NCBI GenBank assembly: GCA_903924465.1
Contig: CAIYBN010000145.1
Location: 17,364 to 81,363, forward strand
DNA: 64,000 bases
Source: an uncultured Myxococcales bacterium
GTDB lineage: Bacteria; Myxococcota_A; UBA9042
Direction: 5' to 3'
Part shown: positions 38,922 through 48,469 of the stretch, one piece after another
Numbering within the stretch: position 1 is the stretch's first letter
Layout: the number at the start of each line of letters is the position of its first letter
Made by a program: the position numbers and the translations under genes
The notes under the pieces: model-generated
What the model was told of the DNA's origin: nothing
Database searches by the model: none
Seen by the model: the letters and a program-made list of their open reading frames with translations, nothing else

Positions 38922-41532
38922 GCGCTTCCCCGTCATCGGGCTTGCGCCGCGCGGGCAGCATGGCAATGACCGCGCCCAACAGCATCGTGATCGCGCCCAA
39001 CCACAGGAACGACACGAACGGAAACACGACAGCCAGCAAGTGGATGAACTTCTGACCTTGGGCCGGGCGCATGGCCAGATACAGGTCGTGCGAAAAACTC
39101 GACTGAATGGCGACTTCCGTCGTCGGCGAGGCGTGTTTCTTATAGAACCGCACTTCCGGCGTGAGCAATTCGCCGACGCCCACTGGCACGCAATCGACCC
39201 GCACGCCACCCGGCACCGCGACGTGCGTGTTGACCCCCACATAGCGCATGCCCGGCCACGGCCCAGCGCGCCAATCCGCCAGAAAGGCCCGTAGACCATC
39301 TGGCGTCGCAAAGGCCAAGTCAAAGTCGATCTGGCCTTTTTCCGCCCGAACTTCCACCGGCTCCGGCGCTTCATCGTGCGCCCAATCGCGCATCTCGCCG
39401 AGAAACGCCATCACCACCTGCGGCGTGATCGCGGCGACGTCGAGCAGGTTCTGGCCGAGGCGCAGGTGCAACACGCGCGGATCGACCTTGTCCGCGCCGC
39501 GGATGCCGATCGCCTGGCCCAGCGCGCCGACAAATTGCCGCGATGCGAATTTCTTGCCGGCCAGCCCATCGGCGAAGGTCACCGCCACGCGAGGCTGGCC
39601 TGGGAAGGTCTCCACCCGCGTGCCTGGGCCGAGCAGCGCTTCGACCGCGCGGATCGCCGGCTCCGGCACGGGCTCATCGCGGGTCATCACCAGGATCGTC
39701 GCACGGTGGGCGGCGTAGGCCCCGTCGGGCTCGTAGACATCACTGGCGGCCGCAAACGTCAGCGTGTAGTCGCCCACTTCCGCCTTGTCACCGGGATGCA
39801 GCGCAATTTCAGGTTGATAGGTGCGAAACGCATTGCCGGCGAAGGCCAAAAAGCAGAAGACGACGCCCAGATGGACGATGTAGCCGCCGTAGCGCCGTTG
39901 GTTGCGCAGCGTCAGGAGCACGAGCGCGATGCCGTAGCTTTGGCCATGCAGCCGCTGGCGAGCGCGGGTGCCCACGTGGAATTCCATAGCGATAGCCCAA
40001 AACACGAAGGCCGCGAACCAGATCGTGGCCGCGCCGTACCATTCCCGCGTGCCGAGATCGTCCACGACTTCACGCACCGCGGTGGCGACATCCAGATGCC
40101 GCGCGCCCATCGCAATCCACAGCGCGCGGCCGAGATACCAGAGCGCGACGCCGAGCGTCAGCAGCGCCGACACCACGAGCGGACGCGCCATGTTCTTCTG
40201 AAAGTTCTTGCGCGTCGCCCGCCGCCAGGAAATCAGCGGCCCCACGCCTGTCAGCAGCAGAATCATCAGACCGAGCGGGGTCATCACCTGGTTGAACCAG
40301 GGTTCGCCCAGCTGCACTTTTTGCGTCAGCGGCTGAAGGTGAATGCCGATGTGCGCCACGGCGCCGGCGAACGCGTTGTAGAGCTGCTGCACCGGTTTGG
40401 CGTCGGAAATCTGCCCGAACAGCGTGCCCCACAGCACCACGAACGCGCAGCCGACCAGCAACACGTTGTTGAAGACGAAGAACGCCTCGCGGCTGATCAC
40501 CGAATCCAACTGCGCGTCGGCGCGCAGCGCTTTCCAGCGGAAGCCAATCGCGAGGGCAGAAATCAGCGCGATCACGGCCATGTACCAGAGGAAATAGCCG
40601 GCCAAGGTCGAGTCAGCGAACGCGTGGACGGAGTCGATCAGCTGGCTGCGGGTCAGAAACGTGCCAAAGATCGTGAGCAGGAACGTCAGACAAACGAGGA
40701 CCGCATTCCAGCGCTTCAGCATGTTGCGGCGTTCCTGAATCATCACGCTGTGCAGGAAGGCGGTCGCCGTGAACCACGGAATGAGCCCGGCGTTTTCCAC
40801 GGGGTCCCACATCCAGAAGCCGCCCCAGCCAAGTTCCTCATACGCCCAGGCGCCGCCGAGAATCAGCCCGAGCGACAGGAACAGCCACGACACGAGCGTC
40901 CATTTGCGGGTGTCGCGCAGCCACTGGCTGTCCAGCTGACCGGTGATGAGCGCGGCAAGGCCAAAAGCGAACGGCACGGTGAACGAGATGTAGCCCGTCA
41001 GCAGGCTCGGCGGATGGATCGCCATCAGCGGATTCTGCAGCAGCGGGTTCATGCCCTTGCCGTCGTCCGGGCCGCTACCTGCCTGGAAGATCTCAAACGG
41101 GTTGGACTCGAACACCATCAACACGGCGAAGAACAGGATGGATGTCGCGAGGATACCGGTCACCCAGCCGAGAAAGACCTGCGATTGCGTGCGATTGCGC
41201 AGGACGGACAGGACGGAAAACGTCGTGAGCGCAATCGTCCAAAAGAGCAGCGCGCCCTTCTCGCCGCCCCAGAAGCCGGCCAACAAATACGCGAGCGGCA
41301 TGTCGTGATCGGTATAGGCGGCGATGTACTTGTTGGAGAAGTCATGGCTCAGCAGGCCGTAGAACAGGCACGCGCCCATCGCCAGCCAGAGGAGCCACGT
41401 GGTCAGCAGGCCATGACGGCTGGCGGAGAGCCAACCAGGCGAGCGCAACACCGCGCCGCCAAATGCCAGCACGCCCGTGGTGAGCGTTGCCAGAAAGGCG
41501 CAGTAGAGAAGCGCGGTGCCTAGGTCGTGCAT
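38857..41532 (-). CDS. CcmF/NrfE-family cytochrome c heme lyase-like membrane protein (891 aa) with extended periplasmic domain
   Basis: N-terminal DFSNKYIAAYTDHDMPLAYLLAGFWGGEKGALLFW. WWD motif WGGFWMWDPVENAGL. Many TM helices. About 330-aa soluble insert before the last TM. No other ccm genes in the window. 65-nt convergent overlap with the cyclophilin gene. Confidence 0.85.
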   Translation of the reverse strand: MHDLGTALLYCAFLATLTTGVLAFGGAVLRSPGWLSASRHGLLTTWLLWLAMGACLFYGLLSHDFSNKYIAAYTDHDMPLAYLLAGFWGGEKGALLFWTIALTTFSVLSVLRNRTQSQVFLGWVTGILATSILFFAVLMVFESNPFEIFQAGSGPDDGKGMNPLLQNPLMAIHPPSLLTGYISFTVPFAFGLAALITGQLDSQWLRDTRKWTLVSWLFLSLGLILGGAWAYEELGWGGFWMWDPVENAGLIPWFTATAFLHSVMIQERRNMLKRWNAVLVCLTFLLTIFGTFLTRSQLIDSVHAFADSTLAGYFLWYMAVIALISALAIGFRWKALRADAQLDSVISREAFFVFNNVLLVGCAFVVLWGTLFGQISDAKPVQQLYNAFAGAVAHIGIHLQPLTQKVQLGEPWFNQVMTPLGLMILLLTGVGPLISWRRATRKNFQKNMARPLVVSALLTLGVALWYLGRALWIAMGARHLDVATAVREVVDDLGTREWYGAATIWFAAFVFWAIAMEFHVGTRARQRLHGQSYGIALVLLTLRNQRRYGGYIVHLGVVFCFLAFAGNAFRTYQPEIALHPGDKAEVGDYTLTFAAASDVYEPDGAYAAHRATILVMTRDEPVPEPAIRAVEALLGPGTRVETFPGQPRVAVTFADGLAGKKFASRQFVGALGQAIGIRGADKVDPRVLHLRLGQNLLDVAAITPQVVMAFLGEMRDWAHDEAPEPVEVRAEKGQIDFDLAFATPDGLRAFLADWRAGPWPGMRYVGVNTHVAVPGGVRVDCVPVGVGELLTPEVRFYKKHASPTTEVAIQSSFSHDLYLAMRPAQGQKFIHLLAVVFPFVSFLWLGAITMLLGAVIAMLPARRKPDDGEAPTAAPAGSSPAAAAGNAAVVD

Positions 41533-41638
41533 GCCGATCCGGGGGCGGGATTCGCCGGTCGTGCAGTCTAAGGGTTCCGCACGTTGCGGTCACGAGTCGG
41601 CAGTCAACGCATCAGAATCGTGCGTGTGTGGCCAACCG

Positions 41639-43960
41639 TCACAGGCCCTTTTGGCACGCCTGAGCCTTGGTCTTGAGGGCCTCGGGCATGTCCGCAGAAT
41701 CGATGGCGTCTTTCAGGTACGTGCGCTTGGCTTTCGCCGACTCGCCTGGATCGATGCCGCAGAGCGCATCGATCGCCTTCTCGCGCACCGTCATGTCGTT
41801 GTCCGAAAAGAAATTGGCAATCGGATCCATGGCTTCCGGACGCTTCGTCGACAGCAGCGCCGCGATCGCCGCGATCTTCACGTCCTTGGATGGATCGAAC
41901 GCCGCTTGGCGCAGCGCCTCGATATCGTCCAGCGTCACCTTGTCCGACAACGCGTGCACGCACGTCGCGCGAACCTGCGAGTCCTTGAATTCCATGCCCT
42001 TGCGGAACAGCGGCCGCATCTTGTCGGCATTGCCCGTGTCGCGCAGGTTCAGCAGCGCATTGAACACCGCGCGTTTTACCTCTGGATCCGGCTGTTGCAC
42101 GAGGCCCATCAGACCCGGCACCGCCGCCGCAGCTTTGCGCTTCGACAAGCCGTTGATCGCCTCGATGCGCACCTTCTTGTCCGTGTCCTTGACCATCTCG
42201 GCCAGCACATCGTCGGCTTCCGGGTACTTGCTGCTCGCCGCGCCCAGCGCCAGCGCCACTTGCAAGCGCACTTCCACGTCCGGATCCTTCTTCATCTCCG
42301 CCAGATCACGGGCGATGCCGTCGTCCTGGAGCCGCGCGAGGGCATAAACCGCCGAGCGCTTGATGTTCAAATCCGAATCCTTGCGCGCAGTCTGCAGGAT
42401 CGCCACGACGTCCGGCTTGGGCCGGCTGCCCTTGGCAAAATCCGCCAGCGCGCGAATCGCCATCTGCCGCACGTCGGTGTTCTTGCTGTCCGCGAGCTGT
42501 TTGACCTGATCGAGACGCAGGCTGGCGAGAATCTCCACCGCCGCCTTCATCATCACTTCCTTGTCGCGCGGCCGCGCCGACGCTGCATCCGCCAACGGCA
42601 CGATCGCCCGCTCTTCCTTCAAGGTCGCCAGTGCCTGAGCTGCCGTCCCCCGCACTTCCGCAGAATCGTGTTTGAGGGCATCGATCAACTGCGGCGACGC
42701 CGTCTTCGCACCGCGCTTGCCATACGTTTCCGCCGCCAGGATCGCGCCATCCGCGCTGCCCTTGGTGATCAGATAGACCAGCGAGGCGTCCTGCGCCGCC
42801 GGCGAGCCGTTGTCGACCAACACCTTGGCAATCTGTTCGCGCATTTTGGCCGACAGTTGATCGCCGTCCATCGCGCCAAACAGCAGATCATACTGCTTCA
42901 TCTCGACCAGACCGGCAAACGCGGCGTCGCGCACCACGGCATCCGAATGCGACAGTGCGCCCACGAGCGCCGGCGCCGCAATCTTGATCTGCGTCGACTT
43001 GCTCAGCTTGTGCACGGCATCCAACGCTTCCTGCGCCGTGCCGGTCTTCAGCTTCTCCGATTCCAGCAAATCCGCGTACTTGGTCGCGCCACTCTTGGAC
43101 AGCGCCTTGACCGCGCGCAATTTCAGCTCCACGTCCGTGTCGTTTTCTACCAGCGTTTCGAGCGCCGTGACGACCGTCTTCTGGCCGGCGAAACCAGCGG
43201 CAATCACCGCGTCCAGCGCTGCACCACGGACTTGCACCGAACGATCCTTGAGCGCAGCCGCGGCGTCTTCCGCTTTCAGCTTGAAGGCTGTTCGGGTCGC
43301 GCCATCGGCAATCGCTTCCAGAATCGCGAGCTTGGGGCGCATCGCTTGACCTTCGACCGCAACCGTCAAGTCCCGGCGCGCGGAGGGATCGCCGCGCTGG
43401 AGCCGCTTGAGCGCCTCAACCGCCGGCATCGCCTGACCGCCGACCAACGCCATCGCGAACTGCAGCGACGCGGGCGACTCGTGAAAGCGCAGCAGGTCCC
43501 ACGGATAGATCACCGGAGCCGCTGAACCGTAGCTGAGCTTGTCCGCGGTCACTGGTCCTTGGACATCGGGCGGCGCCGTCAGATCGGAAAAGCCCTGTGC
43601 GCCCAGCGTCCAGAACGCTTCCGCCAGTACCTGGTCCGCGTCGGCCACCTTGTCGAGCACGATCGTCGCGGACGTCGCGGAATTGATGCGCAAACTCGTC
43701 GCACCATACGCCTTGGGCGAACGGCTCCGCAGCATTTCAAAGGCTTTTTGCGGCCGGTTGGCCATGCCCGAATCGGTCAACTGCTTCTGCGGTTCCGGCA
43801 CAATCAGCGGCACGGTCACGCCGCCGAGATCCACCTGCATGAGCACATAGAGCAGCGCCTCGGCGCGATCTGCCGCGTGGACCGGCTGCGCCACGAGGCA
43901 GCACAGCAGAATCGCCATCGAAGCAAGAAGGTGCTTTGCCAGTCGCTCATGAACCACCAT
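41639..43960 (-). CDS. Secreted HEAT-repeat (PBS-lyase-like) protein, about 773 aa
   Basis: Start chosen at MVVHERLAKHLLASMAILLCCLVAQPVHAAD (signal peptide, GGAGG RBS). Repeated DxxVRxxAxxALxxL HEAT-like units throughout. Confidence 0.78.
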   Translation of the reverse strand: MVVHERLAKHLLASMAILLCCLVAQPVHAADRAEALLYVLMQVDLGGVTVPLIVPEPQKQLTDSGMANRPQKAFEMLRSRSPKAYGATSLRINSATSATIVLDKVADADQVLAEAFWTLGAQGFSDLTAPPDVQGPVTADKLSYGSAAPVIYPWDLLRFHESPASLQFAMALVGGQAMPAVEALKRLQRGDPSARRDLTVAVEGQAMRPKLAILEAIADGATRTAFKLKAEDAAAALKDRSVQVRGAALDAVIAAGFAGQKTVVTALETLVENDTDVELKLRAVKALSKSGATKYADLLESEKLKTGTAQEALDAVHKLSKSTQIKIAAPALVGALSHSDAVVRDAAFAGLVEMKQYDLLFGAMDGDQLSAKMREQIAKVLVDNGSPAAQDASLVYLITKGSADGAILAAETYGKRGAKTASPQLIDALKHDSAEVRGTAAQALATLKEERAIVPLADAASARPRDKEVMMKAAVEILASLRLDQVKQLADSKNTDVRQMAIRALADFAKGSRPKPDVVAILQTARKDSDLNIKRSAVYALARLQDDGIARDLAEMKKDPDVEVRLQVALALGAASSKYPEADDVLAEMVKDTDKKVRIEAINGLSKRKAAAAVPGLMGLVQQPDPEVKRAVFNALLNLRDTGNADKMRPLFRKGMEFKDSQVRATCVHALSDKVTLDDIEALRQAAFDPSKDVKIAAIAALLSTKRPEAMDPIANFFSDNDMTVREKAIDALCGIDPGESAKAKRTYLKDAIDSADMPEALKTKAQACQKGL

Positions 43961-44137
43961 TTCCAGACCTCCAGGACCAAATTTTGCCCGATTTTGCCGA
44001 ACACCGGGCGCAGAAGCATCCGCGATCGCCCGCCAGCGATCAAGCCCAGACATCAAGCCCCCCAGCGTGCCTGTTCTGACGCACTGCGTCAAACCGGGAT
44101 ACTGCTGTTGCAACAACGCCAGGCATGGCGGCGTAAT

Positions 44138-45451
44138 TCACAACTTCCATTCCAGGCGCGCTGCCCCGAACAGCTCGCGCCGCGCCAGATAGCCGTCGTC
44201 TTTCGCCTGCCAGCGCGTGCCCGCTTGCAGCACGGCCGACAGCGCCGCGCCGATGCGGTAGCGCACTTCTGCCAGCGCTGACGTCCGCTCGATCGCGCCC
44301 ATGTCGGCCGCTGACTGCAAGTGTTGCTGGCCCCAGTGGGCACGCACCGTGAGCCCGGCCATTTCCGGCGTCGCCAGCCACAGCTGCGTGCTCAGCCCGT
44401 CCTGCCCCAACCACGCCAACAGCGCGGTCAGGCGCAGGCTCTTTTCTGACACCACATCGATCTGCGCGCGAACGCCCAGTGGTCCCGAATTCTGCGCCGC
44501 CCACGCCACCTTGGTGCGCTGGCCCGAATTCTGCGCCGCCTGAGCTTCGAACCGCTCGACTTCATAGAGGTTGTCAAAGTAACCCGGTAGGTAGCCTGCG
44601 CCCATGTAGACGCCCTCCAACTTCAGGGTCAGGTCCGTTGTCGGCGTCAACGAAGGCATTTGCAAACGCACGCCCAAGTGCCAGCCACCGGTATTTTGGC
44701 CTGGCGCCTCGGCGAACGCCGGACTGTGATGCAGCGCCACCACATCCGTGTACAGCAGCAATTGCCGCTGCGTGCCGCGCCAGAGGGGAATGTCGGCATC
44801 GACGCCGTAGACCCACACCGGCGCGCGCAGAACGATCGGCTGGTTCGTCTCGTCCACACCGGCGGAAGAACCGGTGGGCGCCGCGCGATCGACCGCCATC
44901 GTCACCGCCACCTGGAGATCGCGGATCCAGGAGGTCGAATCGCCCATCGGCTTGTAGCTGGCGCGGGCCGCCAGGATTTCCCAGCGTGTGACGTCGTTGT
45001 TGAACACGTCCACGCCAAAACGCGGGCTTTGCCAGCTGAAACGCAGCGACGTCTTGTAGTGGTCGAGATCGGTCGCGTTGTAGAAATGGTCGACGATCGC
45101 GCCGTGTCCCAGCGTCACCGCCGTGGGCTCGCCCAAGCGCAGGTGGCTCTCGGCATTGGGCCGCCAATCGAGGTAGCGCAGCAGGCGCGTGAAGTCGGAC
45201 GCCTCGTCCCAGTCCTGTTTGCGGATCCGCACGCCCTGGTCGCCGGTCAGCATCAGCCGCAGCGGCAGTTGCGCGCCCAACTGGAGCGTTTCGGCCCGGT
45301 AGGAAAAGTACGCGTTCGCCGCGGTGTAGAAGTCGCTGTCGATGACGCCCAGTCCGAGGTCGAAACCGCCCGCCACGTCACTGGTCGCGGGCTCCGCAAA
45401 CGCGGAGGAAGCGGCAAGAAGCAGCAGCATGCAACCGGGAAGCCACTTCAC
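44138..45451 (-). CDS. Secreted hypothetical protein (437 aa), beta-rich, possibly outer-membrane associated
   Basis: Signal peptide MKWLPGCMLLLLAASSAFA. Alternating hydrophobic pattern. Internal 20-bp direct DNA repeat duplicating AAQNSG. Start overlaps the xerC/D stop by 4 nt. Confidence 0.7.
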   Translation of the reverse strand: MKWLPGCMLLLLAASSAFAEPATSDVAGGFDLGLGVIDSDFYTAANAYFSYRAETLQLGAQLPLRLMLTGDQGVRIRKQDWDEASDFTRLLRYLDWRPNAESHLRLGEPTAVTLGHGAIVDHFYNATDLDHYKTSLRFSWQSPRFGVDVFNNDVTRWEILAARASYKPMGDSTSWIRDLQVAVTMAVDRAAPTGSSAGVDETNQPIVLRAPVWVYGVDADIPLWRGTQRQLLLYTDVVALHHSPAFAEAPGQNTGGWHLGVRLQMPSLTPTTDLTLKLEGVYMGAGYLPGYFDNLYEVERFEAQAAQNSGQRTKVAWAAQNSGPLGVRAQIDVVSEKSLRLTALLAWLGQDGLSTQLWLATPEMAGLTVRAHWGQQHLQSAADMGAIERTSALAEVRYRIGAALSAVLQAGTRWQAKDDGYLARRELFGAARLEWKL

Positions 45452-46404
45452 GGCAGCGCCTCCTCGACGGCGCTTGGCGTACCGTGATGGGCGACGGCCC
45501 GCGGGTGGGCGCGATCATAGGTGCGCATGAGCTGACCCATCGAAGCGTGGGTATAGCGCTGCGTGGTGGACAGCCGCGCATGGCCCAGCAGTTCCTGAAT
45601 CTCGCGGATGTCGCCGCCCGCGTCCAGCAGGTGAGTGGCAAACGAATGACGCAGCGCGTGCGGATGCGTGGTCTTGTGCAACCCAGCTTGCAGACAGCGT
45701 TTTTCCAACATGCGCGCGACACTGCGAGCGGTCAGCCGACTGCCCCGCCAGTTCAGGAACAGCGCCTTCTCCGCATCGGCGCGCAGGCCCAGCGGGCAGC
45801 GGTCCAGCAGCTTCTGGCGCGCCGGCAAGTACGTTTGCGTCGCTCCCTGTGCTTTTGTGCCAAACGGCACGATGCGGGTCTTTTTGCCCTTGCCGCGCAC
45901 CCGAACCAGCCGCTCGGTCAGCTGCACGTGCACGACGTCGAGCCCGGTCAGTTCCGAGACGCGCAGCCCGGCGCCATACAACATTTCCAGGATGGCCAGA
46001 TCGCGCATTTGCAGCAGCGGATCGCCTTCCTGACCATCGAGAGGCGGCGACAGCAGCGCAATCATTTCGTCCACGCTCAGCATTTTCGGCAAGAGCTTGG
46101 CTTGCTTGGGACCGTGCAGGCCATCGGCCGGACTGGCGTCCAAGCGGTTGCAGCGAATCAGGAATTTGTAGTAGCTCTTCAGCGCCGACAGCCGCCGCGC
46201 CACCGATGCCGGCGCCAGCTTGTCGTGCAAATCCATCACGTATTCGCGGACATGTTCGCGCGTCGCCATGCGGGTCGACGTGTCAGCGACGGTGCACCAG
46301 TCGTAATAGTTTTCCAAATCAAGGGTATAGGCGCGCAACGAATGGACCGAGAGACGGCGTTCGGTCTGGATGTAGCGGAGGAAGGCGTGGATGTCTGCGT
46401 CCAT
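45448..46404 (-). CDS. Tyrosine site-specific recombinase, XerC/XerD family
   Basis: Start at MDADIHAFLRYIQTERRLSVHSLRAYTLDLENYY. Catalytic motifs ...HALRHSFATHLL...LGHARLSTTQRYTH. No adjacent phage genes. Confidence 0.9.
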   Translation of the reverse strand: MDADIHAFLRYIQTERRLSVHSLRAYTLDLENYYDWCTVADTSTRMATREHVREYVMDLHDKLAPASVARRLSALKSYYKFLIRCNRLDASPADGLHGPKQAKLLPKMLSVDEMIALLSPPLDGQEGDPLLQMRDLAILEMLYGAGLRVSELTGLDVVHVQLTERLVRVRGKGKKTRIVPFGTKAQGATQTYLPARQKLLDRCPLGLRADAEKALFLNWRGSRLTARSVARMLEKRCLQAGLHKTTHPHALRHSFATHLLDAGGDIREIQELLGHARLSTTQRYTHASMGQLMRTYDRAHPRAVAHHGTPSAVEEALP

Positions 46405-46459
46405 GGCCAAAGTGTGCCGCGGACTGCTGGAGTGTCGAGTTATTGGTACACTTTTTGCC

Positions 46460-48352
46460 TCAAACCGCGACCGCAACCCGCAGGCCCTCACCCACGTACC
46501 GCAAATCCACGGCGCTCTCTGGGTCCAGACCGCCCAATTCGTCGGCCAGTCGATCCAGCGTCGTTTCCAGGAAAGCCGTCAGCGCAACCACGTCTTCGTC
46601 GCTGAGATCCGGTCGCGTCAGCAGCGCGCGGATCAGCGCCCGCCGCAGGTCCGTGTTGACCTGCCGCCCGCCCAACTGACCTTCGAATCCACGCTGCAGG
46701 AATGCCTGGAAGGTGGCGCGATCCAGCGGCGCAAGTTTCGGCTCGCCGGTGACCAATTGCCAGGCAATCGCCGTGCCCACCAGCGCGCGAAGCGGCAACG
46801 GCGCAGTCGCGGTCAGATCACCGGCCGAAAGCGTCTGACCCATTAGCACAACCGCGGCAATCGCCGACAGCCGCTGGCGGATGACCGCGAGTTCGTCCAG
46901 CGTCGCCACCGGCTCGCTCTTGTCGTCGTGACCGTACTGCGGAAAAGCCAGGGTCAGACCGCGCACCAGTTGGGCGTCCACCGTCTCCAGGCGATCCAGA
47001 CCCGCAGTGCCCCCCAGCTGGTGGCGCAGCTTGCGCGCGCGCTGCGCTTCCACGAGCACAAGACTGTGGCCCGCGGTAAACAGCTCGCGCAGCGGCAGGA
47101 CGTTGAGCAGCAGGCCGGCGTAGGTCACGTCGGCGTCGCTCAGGAATTCCAGGCCCATGGACGCGGTCATGAGCGCGTGCATGCTCCACCGGCTCAGTTC
47201 ATCCACGGCAGAAGGCCGTTCGGCGCGGGCCGACTGCAGCGTGTAGCCGAGCCGCACCAGCGCGAGGCGCAACCGCACCACATCGCCTTCCGGGAGATGC
47301 GCCATCACGCGGCCGAGGAAGCCGCCGTCGCGCACTTCGCGCAGCGCCAGACCCAGCCTTACCGGGACGTCCTCGGGCAGATACGGCTGCAGCGTCTCCG
47401 GTTCTGACGCGGCCGTTCCACGATATCGAGCGTGTAGCTCGCGTTTCCAGGCGTGGGCGTCGCGGTAGCTGTAGACCTGCAACGCTTCTTCGCGATCCAG
47501 GAAGCCGATTTCCTCCAGCCGCGCGTTGCGCAGCTGCAAGACGTCTTCCTCCAGCTGGGCCGGCAACTCCCAGCGCGTGGCCAGCAGCAGCGCGCGACCT
47601 CGCGCCGCCGACTGCCGCCACACCGACGCAAGCACTTGGCGCACCGCCGTCAGGTTGGGATCGTCGGCGTTGCCGATCAGCTGAAAGGCATTGTCCGGCG
47701 AGGTAAACACCTCCGCGTCATCGGGAATGTCGCCTTCCATGTCGTCTTCCGTGAGGATGACGACCTTGAGCGACTGGCCCAGATAGAAACTCAGCAGGCC
47801 GTCATCTTGCGCCGCGACGAAGCGATCGATGACGTCCTTGCCGGCGTCCTCCGCGGTCAGCAGCCATTCGGACACCGCTTGGGTGTCCAGTTCCCCCGCC
47901 AACCATGCGTCCAGATCCAGCGAGGCCTGCAATTGTCGGGGCGAAGCCAGCGACAGCAAGTCGCCGGCGTCGTTCAGACCGATCTCCTTGATCAGCAGAA
48001 CAAATTCTTCCGGCGCCATGGCTTGAACGGCGCGAGCCGGATCGGGCAGCGACAAGATGAGATCGAGCTTTTCATCGCCGGTGCCGCGCAAGAACCGCAG
48101 CGACGACCAGGTCAAATTGCGGCCACCGCGATCCAACAGCGGCGCCAAAGCCTGCTGTCGGGCGTCGGGTTGATCCGCGAACGGATCCGGCGCATCGCCG
48201 GCCTGCGGCACCCACGGTTCCAGATCTTCCGCCGGCGCAGAGGGCTCGGCCAACGCGTCGTCTTCGTCCTCCGCCCAATCGTCCTCCAGATCGAGGTCGT
48301 CGCCGTCGTCGAGATCGTCTTCGTCCAGGAGGTCGTCGTCGTAGTGCGCCAT
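46460..48352 (-). CDS. Hypothetical protein (630 aa) with extremely acidic N-terminus
   Basis: MAHYDDDLLDEDDLDDGDDLDLEDDWAEDEDD... followed by a long helical region without recognisable motifs. Directly upstream of the xerC/D gene. Confidence 0.65.
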   Translation of the reverse strand: MAHYDDDLLDEDDLDDGDDLDLEDDWAEDEDDALAEPSAPAEDLEPWVPQAGDAPDPFADQPDARQQALAPLLDRGGRNLTWSSLRFLRGTGDEKLDLILSLPDPARAVQAMAPEEFVLLIKEIGLNDAGDLLSLASPRQLQASLDLDAWLAGELDTQAVSEWLLTAEDAGKDVIDRFVAAQDDGLLSFYLGQSLKVVILTEDDMEGDIPDDAEVFTSPDNAFQLIGNADDPNLTAVRQVLASVWRQSAARGRALLLATRWELPAQLEEDVLQLRNARLEEIGFLDREEALQVYSYRDAHAWKRELHARYRGTAASEPETLQPYLPEDVPVRLGLALREVRDGGFLGRVMAHLPEGDVVRLRLALVRLGYTLQSARAERPSAVDELSRWSMHALMTASMGLEFLSDADVTYAGLLLNVLPLRELFTAGHSLVLVEAQRARKLRHQLGGTAGLDRLETVDAQLVRGLTLAFPQYGHDDKSEPVATLDELAVIRQRLSAIAAVVLMGQTLSAGDLTATAPLPLRALVGTAIAWQLVTGEPKLAPLDRATFQAFLQRGFEGQLGGRQVNTDLRRALIRALLTRPDLSDEDVVALTAFLETTLDRLADELGGLDPESAVDLRYVGEGLRVAVAV

Positions 48353-48469
48353 GTCAGAATCCAGCGCAGTCCGCGGCTGCGGGCCTCAAGTAAGCACGAC
48401 GTCCCGCGCTTGTCGAGACTTCGCCAGCGGAACTTGACCGCGGATCGGCGGCCGCACAAACTGCCGCGC

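Noticed and set aside
38076-39374. 432-aa minus-strand ORF overlapping the cyclophilin gene
   Set aside because: Overlaps the plus-strand PPIase gene whose cyclophilin motifs are clear. This frame has no motifs and is a continuation of the artefactual reading upstream of the true CcmF stop region.
39376-43525. Plus-strand ORFs of 715 and 669 aa
   Set aside because: Antisense to the CcmF-like and HEAT-repeat genes.
45448-46404. XerC/D-like gene as a prophage or integrative-element integrase
   Set aside because: No flanking phage or conjugation genes, no adjacent tRNA target. Residues match chromosomal XerC/XerD rather than phage integrases.
47453-48469. N-terminal 339 aa of the 611-aa plus-strand ORF containing murI
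   Set aside because: This part is antisense to the acidic 630-aa protein gene. MurI homology starts only at ATG 48470.
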